Shown: piece after piece, positions 11,457-23,350 of the stretch
Numbering within the stretch: position 1 is the first letter of the stretch
Layout: every line of letters starts with the position of its first letter
Assembly: GCF_009834535.1 (NCBI RefSeq)
Contig: NC_045696.1
Span: forward strand, 109,804,001 to 109,868,000
Direction: 5' to 3'
DNA length: 64,000 nt
Source of the DNA: Camelus ferus
Taxonomy: Eukaryota
Translations under genes and position numbers: made by a program
The notes under the pieces: generated by a model
What the model was told of the DNA's origin: nothing
The model's input: the letters and a program-made list of their open reading frames with translations, nothing else
Databases searched by the model: none

Positions 11457-11909
11457 AGTTATATCGTCTTTTGTGTTGTATTCTGAGTTCTCTGCTGTCT
11501 CCAGGTCCTTTTTAGCCTTGATTCTCTTTCATGTTTCCAGTTTGCACTTTCAAGAGAAATACAATGGAGATTCCATCTAATCTACTGTTATTTAGGCTCT
11601 ACTCTTGATTAATTGTAAGAAAAAAATACTAAAAAAGGCTACACAAATGTCAAGTTGCTTTAATGTTACCTAACCATAAAATCATTTTCCTTCATTCTTC
11701 AAGTATTTATTGATGACCTACTATGTGCTGTGCACCATGGCTGTGTGTTTCAAAGTATTCTGACCAAAACGGTTACTGTGTTCCTCAGAAGTAAAGGTTG
11801 TAAGATTATTCATTGACATAAAACTAAGTCTGCAGATGAAATGTATTATTTGTATTATTTTGTCATTTATTTTCCAAATAATTTCAACACTGATTATGTT
11901 TATTTGTAG

Positions 11910-11999
11910 GGGGCATTTAGTGGATGGAAGGTTATTTTACATGTTGATCAGTCCCGAGAAGCAGGATTCAAACGCCTTCTTCAGTCAGGAGGAGCAAAG
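11910..11999 (+). CDS. TOPBP1: TOPBP1 coding exon, start of BRCT8 ([30 protein letters not shown])
   Basis: ttgtag acceptor, gtttgt donor at 12000. 90 bp = 30 codons. Confidence 0.96.
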
Positions 12000-12175
12000 G
12001 TTTGTATTAAATCAACTTACTGAATTTTTTATAAGGATTATTTCTAACCAGGGTTACTGTGATCAGTTCTTGATTCTCTTCTGCGTTTTGTGAGATGGTA
12101 ATCCTCACGTATAGATTATACAGTTGGACGACTTCAGGAACTGATAGATTGTGATGCTTCTTGTTTTTCCCTTAG

Positions 12176-12337
12176 GTGCTACCTGGTCATTCTGTATCTT
12201 TATTTAAAGAAGCTACACATCTCTTTTCTGACTTTAGTAAACTGAAACAAGGTGACTCAGGAGTAAATATAGCAGAAGCTGCTGCCCAGAACGTGCATTG
12301 CTTGAAAACAGAGTACATTGCTGATTATCTTATGCAG
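12176..12337 (+). CDS. TOPBP1: TOPBP1 coding exon, BRCT8 ([17 protein letters not shown]...EYIADYLMQ)
   Basis: cttag acceptor, gtttgt donor at 12338. 162 bp = 54 codons. Confidence 0.96.
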
Positions 12338-13649
12338 GTTTGTAGGATCCTATCCTTGACCTCCTCATGACCAAAGATGTGCTTCTCTGCGTAGAGACAG
12401 AACTACACAACAAAACCCTCAAGCGTTTGCTCCCTGGAGGGCTCACTACACTCCGGTTCAGAATTGGCCTGTGTTGGGTGATTTGTGTGGGCAAAGAAAA
12501 ATCTTCCTGACACAAGAGTGCCTAAATACCAGCAGGAATCAGCAAAGTATGGCATGTGGTCGTAAATGTCTTACCACAAAGGATTTGAAGCAGAATAGTG
12601 TAGAAATAGGGGGAAGCCACAACCCACCTGTTTTGTGATCATTGCTGCTTGGGTTTGGAAGCAGGTCAGGGTTTAACAGAAGGAATGCCTGAAACATCAA
12701 CAGGAAGCCTCTGTCCTAAAGCAGTGGGATTCATACCGACCAGGAATTAGTTAGCCAGTACTAGCTCTCCTTGAACACCTACATAACTTCTTAAAAAATC
12801 TCAATTTGTTAAGACATGTGAGGTTTTAAAATTCTACCCATTTGGAAAGGGCAGGGGTTGGGGGAGTGTGGAGGACCCTCCTGTATGTACCTCATCCCTC
12901 CTGAAGTTCCTGATCGGGTGCATCTAAGATGAGAACCACTACTGAATAGTCACCTAAACTGTGCAGTGCTAAGTGTTTGTACAAGTGCTGTCATTTTTTC
13001 CTGTACATATAAAAGAGTGTGTAGAACATACATCCTGGTTAAAGAACAGCAAAATGTCATCCCAGTGCCCAGGGTAAGAAATAGAAGATTGAGAGTCCCA
13101 TAGGAGCCCCCCGCTGCTCCTCCCCGCTTGCGTCTCCCTCCTTCCCCACCAGAAGCAATCACTGGCTGACTTTTGGTTATTCGTGTCCTTGCCTTTCTCA
13201 GGGTTGTAAAGTGCGTCAGGTACTAAATGTCTGGAGAAACGTATAGGGGGAGTGAGCTGCTCTGTATTTCTGCATCTGAGTTCATGATTGCCTGTCCCTT
13301 GCTCCTGTGAATAGGTCAAAACAGAACAGTCCTGTAGGGTGAGGCAGTAGGCTCAGGAGGGGAGAGCAGCAGCTTCATGTCAAATTCATGGCCAAGATAA
13401 ACCAGGCATAGGTAAGACTCTGAAATAGGCTCACCCTAGTGTTCTCACTTCAGGTTAAAAACTAGATGCGGTGGCTGCAGGGATCTTGGTGATGATGGCC
13501 TTCAGCGTGTCTTCGGTCACATTGGTGCAATCTGGTTGATCACCCTTTGTCTACTTCTGTGCACTGCCGTCATCCCAGGAGCTCCATTCATCATCCTTTG
13601 TCTCTTTTCTCTGTTGGGTCTCCTGTTTCTGAGTCCCGTGTCATCCTGA

Positions 13650-14950
13650 TACACTCTCTCATGTTGATGGAGGTCTTGTCTAGTAACTTGAGAAAGAACA
13701 CATGGGAGGTAAATTGCTTACGACTTTCTATGTGTGAAAATTCTTTTTTCTGTGCTCACATTTGACTGAAGTTTGGCCTGGCATCAAATTCTAGGTTGAA
13801 ATCTGCTTTCTGTTAGACTTTTTGATTGCTTGTCTCCTTGCTTCTAGTATTGCTGTTAAGTAGTCCAAAGCCATTTTGATTCATAATCCTTTATATGTAA
13901 CTGTAAACTAGTAGGAAGTTCTTTTTGTCCCCAGTTTTCTGAAATTTAAAATGATACACTGTCATGAAGGTCTGTGTATATATTGCTGAGCAGTACAGAT
14001 GTACCACAGTTAGTTTAATCGTTAACCTATTGAAGGACATTTGGGTTGTTTCCAGCTTGGAGCTATGATTAAAGCTGCTGTGAACATTTGTGTACAGTTT
14101 ATATGTGAATGTTAAGATTTCACTGCACCGGGATGAATGCCCAAGTGCGTGTTTCCAGAGTGGTCATATTTCTACATTCCTACCATGAGTGGATCCAGTT
14201 TCTCTGTCCTCATCAGCATTTAGTTGTTTTTCATTTTAGCCATTTCAGTTGGTGTATAATGAATGATCTCTCTTGTGGTTTTGACTTGCATTTCCCTCAC
14301 GGCTAATCAAAGTGAACATCTTTTTGTGTGCTTCTTTGCCATGTTTATATCCGCTCTTCATTGAAATAAATGTTCATGTCTTTTGCCCCATTTTCTAATT
14401 TAATTGTTTTTTTTTTTTACCATTGAGCCTTGACAGGTGTTTCAGATGCCAGTCCTCTGTTGGATGTGTATTTGTGCATATTTTCTCTCAGTCTGTGGCT
14501 TATCTATTTATCCATTTACCTTTATCCTCTTATCAGGGCTTTTTGCAGAACAGTTTTTAAAAATGTTTTATAGTTTTTACATTGTATGTCTATGATCCAT
14601 TTTGAGCTAATTTTCACAAAAAGTGTAAGGTTTAGGTCAAAATTTGGGGTTGTGGGTGTTAGGGTTTTTTGTTTGTTTGTTTGATTGCTATGGCGTGTCC
14701 AGTTGCTCCAGCACCATTTCTTAAAAGAAGTATCCTCCATTTAGTTGCATTTGCACGTTTGTCAAAATTCAGTTGGGCATTTTGTGTGGGTCTGTTTCTG
14801 AATTCTCTGTTATGTTCCACTGATCTGTGTGTGTCTTTCCTTCTGCAAGACTGTCTTAATCACTATGTATATAATAAGCCCTAATATTGGGTAGTGATTC
14901 CTTCCTATTTATTCCTCTTTGTCAATATTGTTGCTATTCTAGGGCCTCTC

Positions 14951-14981
<31 letters not shown>

Positions 14982-15780
14982 TTTGCCTGTACCTTTATTT
15001 GTAAATTTTTAGATAAGCTTGTTCGTCTAAAAAAACACCTTGCTGTGATTTCGATAGGATTGCATTAATCAGTTTGAGTGATTTACATCTTTACTGTGTT
15101 AAGTCTTTCAGTCCTTGAACACAGCTCATCTCTGTTTGGGTTGTCTTTGATTCCTTTCATGAACAGTTTGTAATTTTCAGTATTTCCATTTTGGAGGTGA
15201 TTGTTTTACTGAGAGTAGATCATAGTCTGCTTCTTCATGTGTGTAATAATTTTGGATGTATCCTGCACATTGGGAATCAGCTGTAGAAACTAGATTCTGT
15301 GGTGTTCCTCTGAAGAGTACCACGCCATCTGTTTAGCTGGCAGTTTACTTGGCTGAGCTCCTGCCGTGAGTGGCAGCTCAAACCTCCGCTTGGTTCCTGG
15401 AGCTTTGCTCTGAGTTGCTTTGCACATACATGACTCAGCGTCAAGCGAGGATTTGATCAGCATTTATAACACAGAGTTTGGGGTTCTGCCCTCCCACTTT
15501 CTGGGATCTCCCACGTCATTCTCTAGTGCTCTGGTTGCCATTCTGTCCTGTGGTTCTTCAAGGTTTCCTATTAGAGTTTTAGCCAGTCAGCATGACCCAG
15601 CGGGGCTTCTCCTCAGGCTGAAAGACATAAAAAATGAAAAGAGGAATTCACCCTCTTCCATTCCTCTCTTTCCAGCTGTCAACTCCCCTCAAGTATTTGC
15701 CTGATTTTGTTTCTTCTACAAAACCTTACAGTAGTTGCTTTTAATATATTTTGGTTGGACGTTATACTTGTTATCTGTAG
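13650..15780 (-). mobile_element. Cluster of old L1 fragments (ORF2, ORF1 and 3' pieces)
   Basis: The minus strand gives L1 ORF2-like peptides (FKKWCWSNW...SKWIID) and typical L1M text. Confidence 0.75.
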
Positions 15781-16407
15781 AAGAGTTAAATCAAAAGGCA
15801 ACTACCCATTATTTTGTGGTGATTCATTTTCATGTTATGTAGTCTGCCATGTTGCCAGAAGATTAAGTTTTATTATACTTTTAATAAGAGAAAAGGTCCT
15901 TATTTCAACGTTGGTAATAAGGTTATAAGGAAGAAAAATGCAAAGGTTTCAGACTTAAGTGGAGAAGTGTATGAATTCTGGCTTTGCCACCTGTTAGGTA
16001 GGTAACATTGTGTTATTTAACCTTTTTTATCTATGAAATGGAGAATAAAAAACCTATCTCACATGTTTATTGTAAAAATTTTCAAAAATTTATACTAAGC
16101 ATAACTTCTCACACTTAAATGATAACTATTAACTGTATTTTACTGTAGTTTCCATATTCAGTATTTAATCTATACAGATTAAACCATTAAGACCTGAGCT
16201 GGCCCCACTCTGCCTGAGCTTATAAACTTATTTTTTTTATAAAAGCTGAAATTTTGTCACACAGGATCTGTTCACCAAAGGTGACAAGTGTTAAATTGCT
16301 ACCTTGAAAGAAAAATGTTTAAGTTTTTCTGGTCATAAAGCAGAGTAAAGGAATCTATAACCTGATGAACAGTTTGAAATCTGAAAAAACTTTTCTCCCT
16401 TTTACAG

Positions 16408-16551
16408 GAATCCCCTCCTCAAGTAGAAAATTATTGTCTACCAGAAGCTGTCTCACTTCTTCAGAACAATAAGGATCCTGGGCCTGGATCCTCACAAAAG
16501 AGGAAAGCTCCCACAGAGAAAAATAAAATCAAACGACCTAGAGTGCAGTGA
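16408..16551 (+). CDS. TOPBP1: TOPBP1 last coding exon (ESPPQVENYCLPEA...QKRKAPTEKNKIKRPRVQ*)
   Basis: tttacag acceptor and TGA at 16549-16551. Contains a basic, bipartite NLS-like C-terminus. Confidence 0.96.
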   Translation, partial: ESPPQVENYCLPEAVSLLQNNKDPGPGSSQKRKAPTEKNKIKRPRVQ

Positions 16552-17132
16552 TCGCATTTACTCAGTTACCAGCATTAAATGTTTTTAATTTAGTACCCTG
16601 GATATTACTGTGATGGGTTTGTACAGTGCTTTAAAGGCAAGAACCTGAAGGATTCGGCTTCAGTGTAACAACAGTGGCCCTGCTTGAAGTGTGTTTTTAA
16701 CACCTGAAACTTTAATCACTGAAATACTAACTGTCCCTGAATGGAAAGTTACCTGAAATAACAACAAAACACAGCCCCTCAGCTAGCGTGCCGTTAAACC
16801 ACTTTGCCGTGTGTAAGGGGCTCTTTGTTTATTTATTTTCTTGTACGTATCTGGGTCTGTAGCTTAGTGGACGTTTTAGCAAGGTGATGGATTTTGCCTT
16901 ACAATGTCTGCTTTAATTCATAGCAAGGAAGTTGTCAATTGGGATTTATTCGTTTTTTTTCCCCTGATTTCTATCTTCTCATCACCATTTTACCTCTTTT
17001 TAACAGGAACCTGAGCACAAGGTTTAATGAGGAACTGAGGCTTTAAACTTAAATGTGTGTGTATATATGTATATGCATGTTTGTACAAACTTCTCTATGA
17101 TGTCTGCCAAGTTTGGGCACTAAAACTTGGAA

Positions 17133-17240
17133 AATAAAAACAATGAAGAATAAAGTAGTGACTCAAAGTAGATAAGTTCAAATAAGTTTTTAAAAAGAAA
17201 TAAAACATTCTGGTATCTATTCTCTTATTGAAGCAATAAA
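17133..17240 (+). terminator. TOPBP1: TOPBP1 polyadenylation signal cluster
   Basis: Four AATAAA hexamers at 17133, 17149, 17199 and 17235, with a GT-rich tract at ~17282-17305. Confidence 0.7.
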
Positions 17241-17624
17241 AGATTTGTAAAACGTAGCCTAAAAAGCACATTTCTAGTTACGTTTCTGGTGTTTGCTGTT
17301 TATGTGCAATATTGTTTCTAGGGGGTTAAAAAAAAATAAGGAACTACATAATTGCATTAGCCTTTATTAATCTAAACCTAACCACCAAATACTGTGTGCA
17401 TTGCCATAATTTTCCAAATATAAAGCTACCTCATTTTGTTTAAGGGACAGATAAGGTAGGACTGTAATTTTGATGCAGACTGTTCAATTCCTAGTGAGTT
17501 TTTGAAAGGCAAACTCAAATGGTGATGGATTAACCTGGACACCAAACCGCTGACGTTGTCATCAGATTTTCCTCTAAACAGAGGAAGGGGTACCCCTGTC
17601 CTGCAGACTGTCCTGCTTTGAGCT

Positions 17625-17870
17625 AGTTCACAGCTGCGGACCTCACAAGGAGGTGGTTGCAGTTAGAGGAGGTCCTATGGGTGGGGTCCTAATTTGGCAG
17701 AACAGGTGACGTCACAAGGAGAGACCAGGAGTTCCTGGCACAGGGAAGGAAGCACCGCGTGAGGACACGAGCAGCTGTCAGCGCGTCGGGAGCCTTTCCA
17801 GAAGCCCCGGCCAGCACTTCGACCTTAGACTTCTAGCCCCCAGAACTGTGAGAAAGAGCTCAGATCTGTG
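17625..17870 (+). mobile_element. MaLR LTR (MLT1/MST-like)
   Basis: Contains the gaccttagacttctagcccccagaactgtgagaaa MaLR motif. Confidence 0.7.
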
Positions 17871-17971
17871 ACTTCTCACCCAGAAAGACACAAGCCACCA
17901 CTCTAACCCAAACCTACCTTTTCACAGAGAAGCCTCTCACTCGGAGGTGCTTTCGTACATGTTGCTTTACA

Positions 17972-18132
17972 TCAGGGGTTGGCAAACTCGCTCTGTAGAA
18001 GCGCAGAGAGTAAATGTGTTGAGCTTCATTGGCTGGTCTGCGGCATTTTTCCTCCAATTCTTTAAAATGTAAAAATATTCTTAGCTCAAAGCCGTGCAAA
18101 AATAGGCAGTGGGCCATAGTGAGCTGACCCCC
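17972..18132. mobile_element. MER58-like hAT element
   Basis: Termini caggggttggcaaact ... gggccatagtgagctgacccc. Confidence 0.7.
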
Positions 18133-18666
18133 ACTTTTCCATCTCGGTCTGTCAACATGCAACACCCTCAGCTCTGTTTTTCTACTAAGAGGAGGAGCAG
18201 CCTTTTGGCAGCGCCATCTCATGCTTGTGTAGCATCGGGGATTCTGTGATTAAAAGTATCACGTGTTTTAAATGTGTGAGGTACTCATGGGAAGAAAAGC
18301 CACGATACAGATGTTTGTTGAGGCTTTTTCAAACCATTAAAGAATGTTGAAGAAAACTTTTAAAGCAATGGAAACTAATAAACGAAAAGAGAGAATTAAG
18401 CAATTCTCCTGTCAGTATGAACTGCATTTCAGGATGACCTGTCAGCTGAGGAAAAATGCTTTAGAATAATTCCAGGCAATAAGTGCAGAGGACAGGACAG
18501 AAGCAAGCCATCTTACAACTGAATGAAATTACAGGTCTAAGCAAATGGGGAATGTTCTACTGATGGATCAAGCGGATGATGCCTGACCTCACTGACCACG
18601 CAAGACCACCAGACATGCCTCCTGGTGTGATGCAATGAGAAGCAGAAGACAGTATGAAGTGCTCTT

Positions 18667-19265
18667 GTTAGAGCAGGCAGGCAGCTAGACACGAGCAGAG
18701 AAGGGGGCATGGGCCAGGTGGCAAGAAACCATGTATCTTGTGAACAACAGAGGCCCTTGGGCAGACAAAGAGAAGCAGCAACTTTGAGACTGATAGGAAG
18801 CCATATATCTTGAGATGACAGGGTCCTAGAGGCAGACAAAGGTGAGAAAAGGTGGGAATCTCCAGTATCTGAATGTAACCTTTGGCTCGTTATGCCCTTA
18901 TTACAATAAAAGTAGCCTGGGAGATAAGAAGTACCCATTAGGCACCAATGCCATGACACTTCCAAACAAGACTAAATAAGAACAACAACAAAAAAATCCC
19001 TCTTCCCTTCCGGAAGGTGGAGCTGGGATGAAAATCAGGAAATATGACCCCAAACTCCTCCATCCCCAATAAATACTCTGCCCATTCATTTTTACACCCC
19101 ATATAACCAGCTTGTCAAAGAAACTCAGGGCAGCTACTCACCTGAGTCTGCCCACTCTATCCTTGAGAGTGTATTATCCTTTAATAAACCCTCATTTTGC
19201 TTTCTTGACCTCTGTGTCTCTTCTCTGAATTCTTTCTGTGACTAGATGAGAACTTACTCTCCAAT
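18667..19265 (+). mobile_element. ERV1-type solo LTR
   Basis: Starts tgttagagc; has a TATA-like atataa at ~19101, AATAAA at ~19183 and a U5-like tail. Confidence 0.65.
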
Positions 19266-19876
19266 AATACCCTTCCCCTAGCTCCATTATTTAAACTCAC
19301 ATTTGATCAAGCTTCCAGATCTTACTACCTAGACTCAATCAACGTTGAGTAAGGGGTGTTCCAGTTCAAAAGGACACTGTTCATGGATCTTGAACTCAGC
19401 TCCTCTCATGGACACACTGATTCTACAACTACAAACAGAATAATTTCCTCTGAAAGAAAGCTCAAAACTAGCTAAGTGACTGCTACATATCAGGCAAATG
19501 GGAAAACCATATCTAAGCAGGTAGGGGAAAGGTGAGGCGCACTCTCTCACCATAAGCCCCGCCCCCGCATGGCATCCCACAGTCAGAAGGGAACTGGCAG
19601 CCCTGGGCTTCACTCTAAGGAGCAAAGGGCTTGAATTTGACATCTGAGACCCCAACTTTTAAGACCTGTACTTGAGAGACGAGCACCCAAAACACCTAGC
19701 TTTGACAGCCAATGGAGCTTGTGTCCCCGAGACCCACAAGGCTGCAGTGAGCTGAGAAACAGCTCCTGAAGGGCTCATGTGGACTCATCCATCACCAATC
19801 CCAGTGCAGAGGTAGACTGAAAATGGCCTGTCTTTCTGCAAAAGAGGCTTAGCTGCTTATCTTAAAGCTTCAGCCT

Positions 19877-19990
19877 TTATAATAATTATAAATGGACATA
19901 AACTTTTAAAACTGTGAACCACTATATTGTACACCTACCTGAAACTTATATAGTATCATATATCAAATATACCTCAAGTGAAAAAAAAAA
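19877..19990 (+). mobile_element. Very short L1 3' end insertion
   Basis: Poly(A) tail; TSD aaagcttcagcct (19864-19876) / aaagcttcagtct (19991-20003). Confidence 0.8.
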
Positions 19991-21618
19991 AAAGCTTCAG
20001 TCTGAGGGGCAGGCATGGGCAGGCATTTAACTTAACACACAAAGAGGGGACCACTGAAAAGGAGCCACCACACCTTTGCTCTCTTTCTGCCTAGCTCCAG
20101 GTCACTTGTATCTCCCAGAAAGGAGCTTGTGCACCTGTCTGGTGCCCTGATTTTTGCAGCTGCTACTCACAGGACATCCCTTGGTCACCAGGCTCTGGTA
20201 GCCAGTGGGGCTTCTTCCCATGGGTCCCACAGGACTGTAAAAAATGGAGGAAGTGTTCTTAACCAGCTGTCACCCCCAGGACATAGCAGACAGATAACAG
20301 ACTGAAATATCCCCTGTTTCTGTGAAAGAGATCTGATACATATCTTCATTGCTGCAGCCTGAGGGGCAAGCTTCTAATTAAACACACATCTAGGGGACCC
20401 CTGAAATACTTTCTAAAGTCTGCAGAGGCTGGTGGGAGCCATCTTCCACCTCTCCCTCTGCCTTGCTCCAGGTCACTGGTGTCTGTCTCATGGAAAGAGC
20501 TTGTGTGCACACCTGGCACCCACGTTTTTGTGGCTGCTGTCCAGGGGGCACCCTTTGATCACCCGGTTCTGGTGGCAAGCAGGACTGACATTCACAGGTC
20601 CCATACGATAACAAACGGAGAAATAGTTTTTAACCAGCTACCACGCCCAGGGCACATCACAAGGACAGCAGACTGAAACACACCCCGAGTCTGTCTGTGA
20701 AAGAGGTCATCAGCATGTCTTCATAGCTGTGGCCTGAGGCTTCTAACTAAACACACACCTAAGGGCTGACTACAAGCCTCTCCAGAGACCTCAGAGTGGG
20801 CACCATCTTCACACTCTCCCTCCGCCCCACCCCGGTTACTGATGTCTTTGAGAAAGCTGCCTGTGTGTGTGTCTGGTTCCCCAGTGTTTGTGGCTACCGC
20901 CAAGGGGACACACCCCTTGACTGCCTGGCTCTGGTGGTCAGCGGAACTTGTGTTCACAGGTTCATTGGGATGGTAGCAAACAGTTCTCAGCTGGCTGTTA
21001 TCCCAGGGCTCGGTGCAGAGGGAGCAGACAGAAATGCCCTTTTCCCAGTCTTCCCCTAAAAAAGGTGTGTTTGCGTACTTTAAAGGCTGCTTCCTGAGGG
21101 TCTGACTTCCAAACAGCTTCAGTCTTAGGTGCTGACTGAGAACCTCCCCTCTGGGACACTGACAGGTCTTGGCACATCCTCATATACTGGGAGCCGTGAA
21201 GAATAAAGTAGGCTGCTTGGAAAATCACAAAGGTTTGAAGGACAACAAAGAGCTAGAGCAGAGTTGAATAATGAGTTTTATTTACATAAGGTCACTCCTT
21301 CAAGATGAGGAGAGGCCACCATTTTACCAAATGCAGAGAAACCAACACAGAGAGTTAAGAAAGAGGAAGAACAAGGGAATATGTTTCAAACAAAAGCACA
21401 AGTGAAAACCACAGAAAAAAGATCATAATGCAACAGAGATAGGTGATTTAGCTGATAAAGAGTTCAAAATAACAATCATAAAGATGCTCACCAAGCTCAT
21501 GAGAAAAATGAGTGAACAGGGAGAGAATTTCAACAAAGAGATAGAAAATGTAAGTACCAAACAGAAGTCACAGATCTGAAGAATACAGTAACTGAACTTT
21601 TGATAATAGAAGGGTTGA

Positions 21619-21759
21619 GGGGGAGGGTATAGCTCGAGTGGTAGAGCACATCCTTAGCATGCACAAGGTCCTGGGTTCAATCCCCAGTACCTCCTCTAGA
21701 AGTAAAGAAATAAATAAACCTAATTACCTCCCCCACAAAGGGAAAAAAAGTCAGTTGAA
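21619..21759 (+). mobile_element. Vic-1-type tRNA-derived SINE
   Basis: A/B-box head ggggagggtatagctc...ggttcaatccccagtacctcc; TSD aatagaagggtt at 21605-21616 and 21760-21771. Confidence 0.88.
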
Positions 21760-22649
21760 AATAGAAGGGTTAAACATCAGACTAGATGAAGTGAAAGAGA
21801 TTGGTGAACTTGAAGACAGGACAGCAGAACTCATTGAATCAGAGCAGTGAAAAGAAAAAAATTTAAAAAGAGTAAAGAAAGCTTAAGAGACTTATGAAAC
21901 AACATCAAGTGCACTATAGGCATCCCAGAATGAGCAGGGTTGGGGCTGGGGTGGGGAAGGCAGAAAACACATATGAAGAAATAATGGCTGAGACTTCTCT
22001 AACCTGGGGAAAGAAATAGGTATAAAACCAGGAAGCCGAGAGTTCCAAATAAGATGAACCCATGTCAAAAGTTAAAGACAACAAAAGACTCTTAAAAGCA
22101 GTAAGAGAAAAAGGATTCGTTATGCACAAAGGGACCGACACAAGATAATCAGCAGATTTTTCAGGAGAAAACTGCAGGCCAGAAGGGAGTGGCAGAATAC
22201 ATTTAAAATGCTGAAAGCAAAAAGTACTGTACCAGCAAAGCTGTCCTTCAGAACTGAAGGAGAGAGAGTCTTCCGGACAAACACAAAAGCTAAAGGAGTT
22301 CATTACCCCTGGACCAGACTTACAAGAAATGTTAAAGGCACTTCTTTAAAGCTGGAGGGGGAAAAGGGAGCATTAATTAGTAACAGGAAACATACAGAAG
22401 TATAAATCTCGCTGACAAAGATAACTATATAGTAAGATTCAGAATAATCTAATGGAAATTTGGAGGATTAATCAGCTATAAAGCTAGTATAAAAGTTAAA
22501 AAATAAAAGTAGTAAAAATAACCATAACTACAATAATTTGTTAATGGATACATCAGATAAAAATATGTCAATTGAGAATAAAAAACATAAAATGTGCTGT
22601 GGGAGTAAAAATATAGAGCTTTAGAATGGGGTCAAACTTAAGTTGTTAC

Positions 22650-23350
22650 TGGTTTCATTTGCAAAAATTTTCTCCCATTCTGTAGGTTGTCATTTTGTTT
22701 TACCTATGGCTTCCTTTGCTGTGCAGAAGCTTGTACGTTTCATTAGGTCCCATTTGTTTATCCTTGCTTTTATTTCTATTGCTTGGGTAGCCTGCCCTAG
22801 GAGAACATTTTTGAGATGTATGTCAGATAATGTTTTGCCTATATTTTCCTCTAGGAGGTTTATTGTATCTTGTCTTATGTTTAAGTCTTTGATCCATTTT
22901 GAGTTTATTGTTGTGTATGGTGTAAGGGAGTGTTCTAGCTTCACTGATTTACATGCTGCTGTCCAGTTTTCCCAACACCATTTGCTGAAGAGACTGTCTT
23001 TATTCCATTGTATATTCTTGCCTCCTTTGTTGAAGATTAGTTGACCAAAAATTTGTGGGTTCCAAGGGGGCGGGGGGTGGGAAGGGATAGACTGGGATTT
23101 CAAAATATAGAATAGATAAACAAGATTATACTGTATAGCACAGGGAAATATATACAAGACCTTATGTTGGCTCACAGAGAAAAAAATGTGACAATGAATA
23201 TATATATGTTCATGTATAACTGAAAAATTGTGCTCTACACTGGAATTTGATACACCATTGTAAAATGATTATAAATCAATAAAAATGTTTTAAAAATAAG
23301 TAATTTTACTATAAAACTGAATATTAAACAGAAATAGTTATAAAAAAACA
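22650..23350 (+). mobile_element. Young 5'-inverted (twin-primed) L1 insertion
   Basis: Inverted ORF2 piece at 22650-~23061 and sense 3' UTR at ~23062-23296, flanked by a perfect 16-bp TSD aaacttaagttgttac. Confidence 0.9.

Noticed and set aside
924..12370. ORF-track starts and stops around the TOPBP1 exons (e.g. 924-1229, 5074-5325, 12176-12370)
   Set aside because: These ORFs run into introns. True boundaries were set from splice sites and phase continuity.
19850..21200. CRISPR-like or satellite array
   Set aside because: The units are long, diverged and contiguous with L1 ORF1, with no repeat-spacer structure. The context is eukaryotic.
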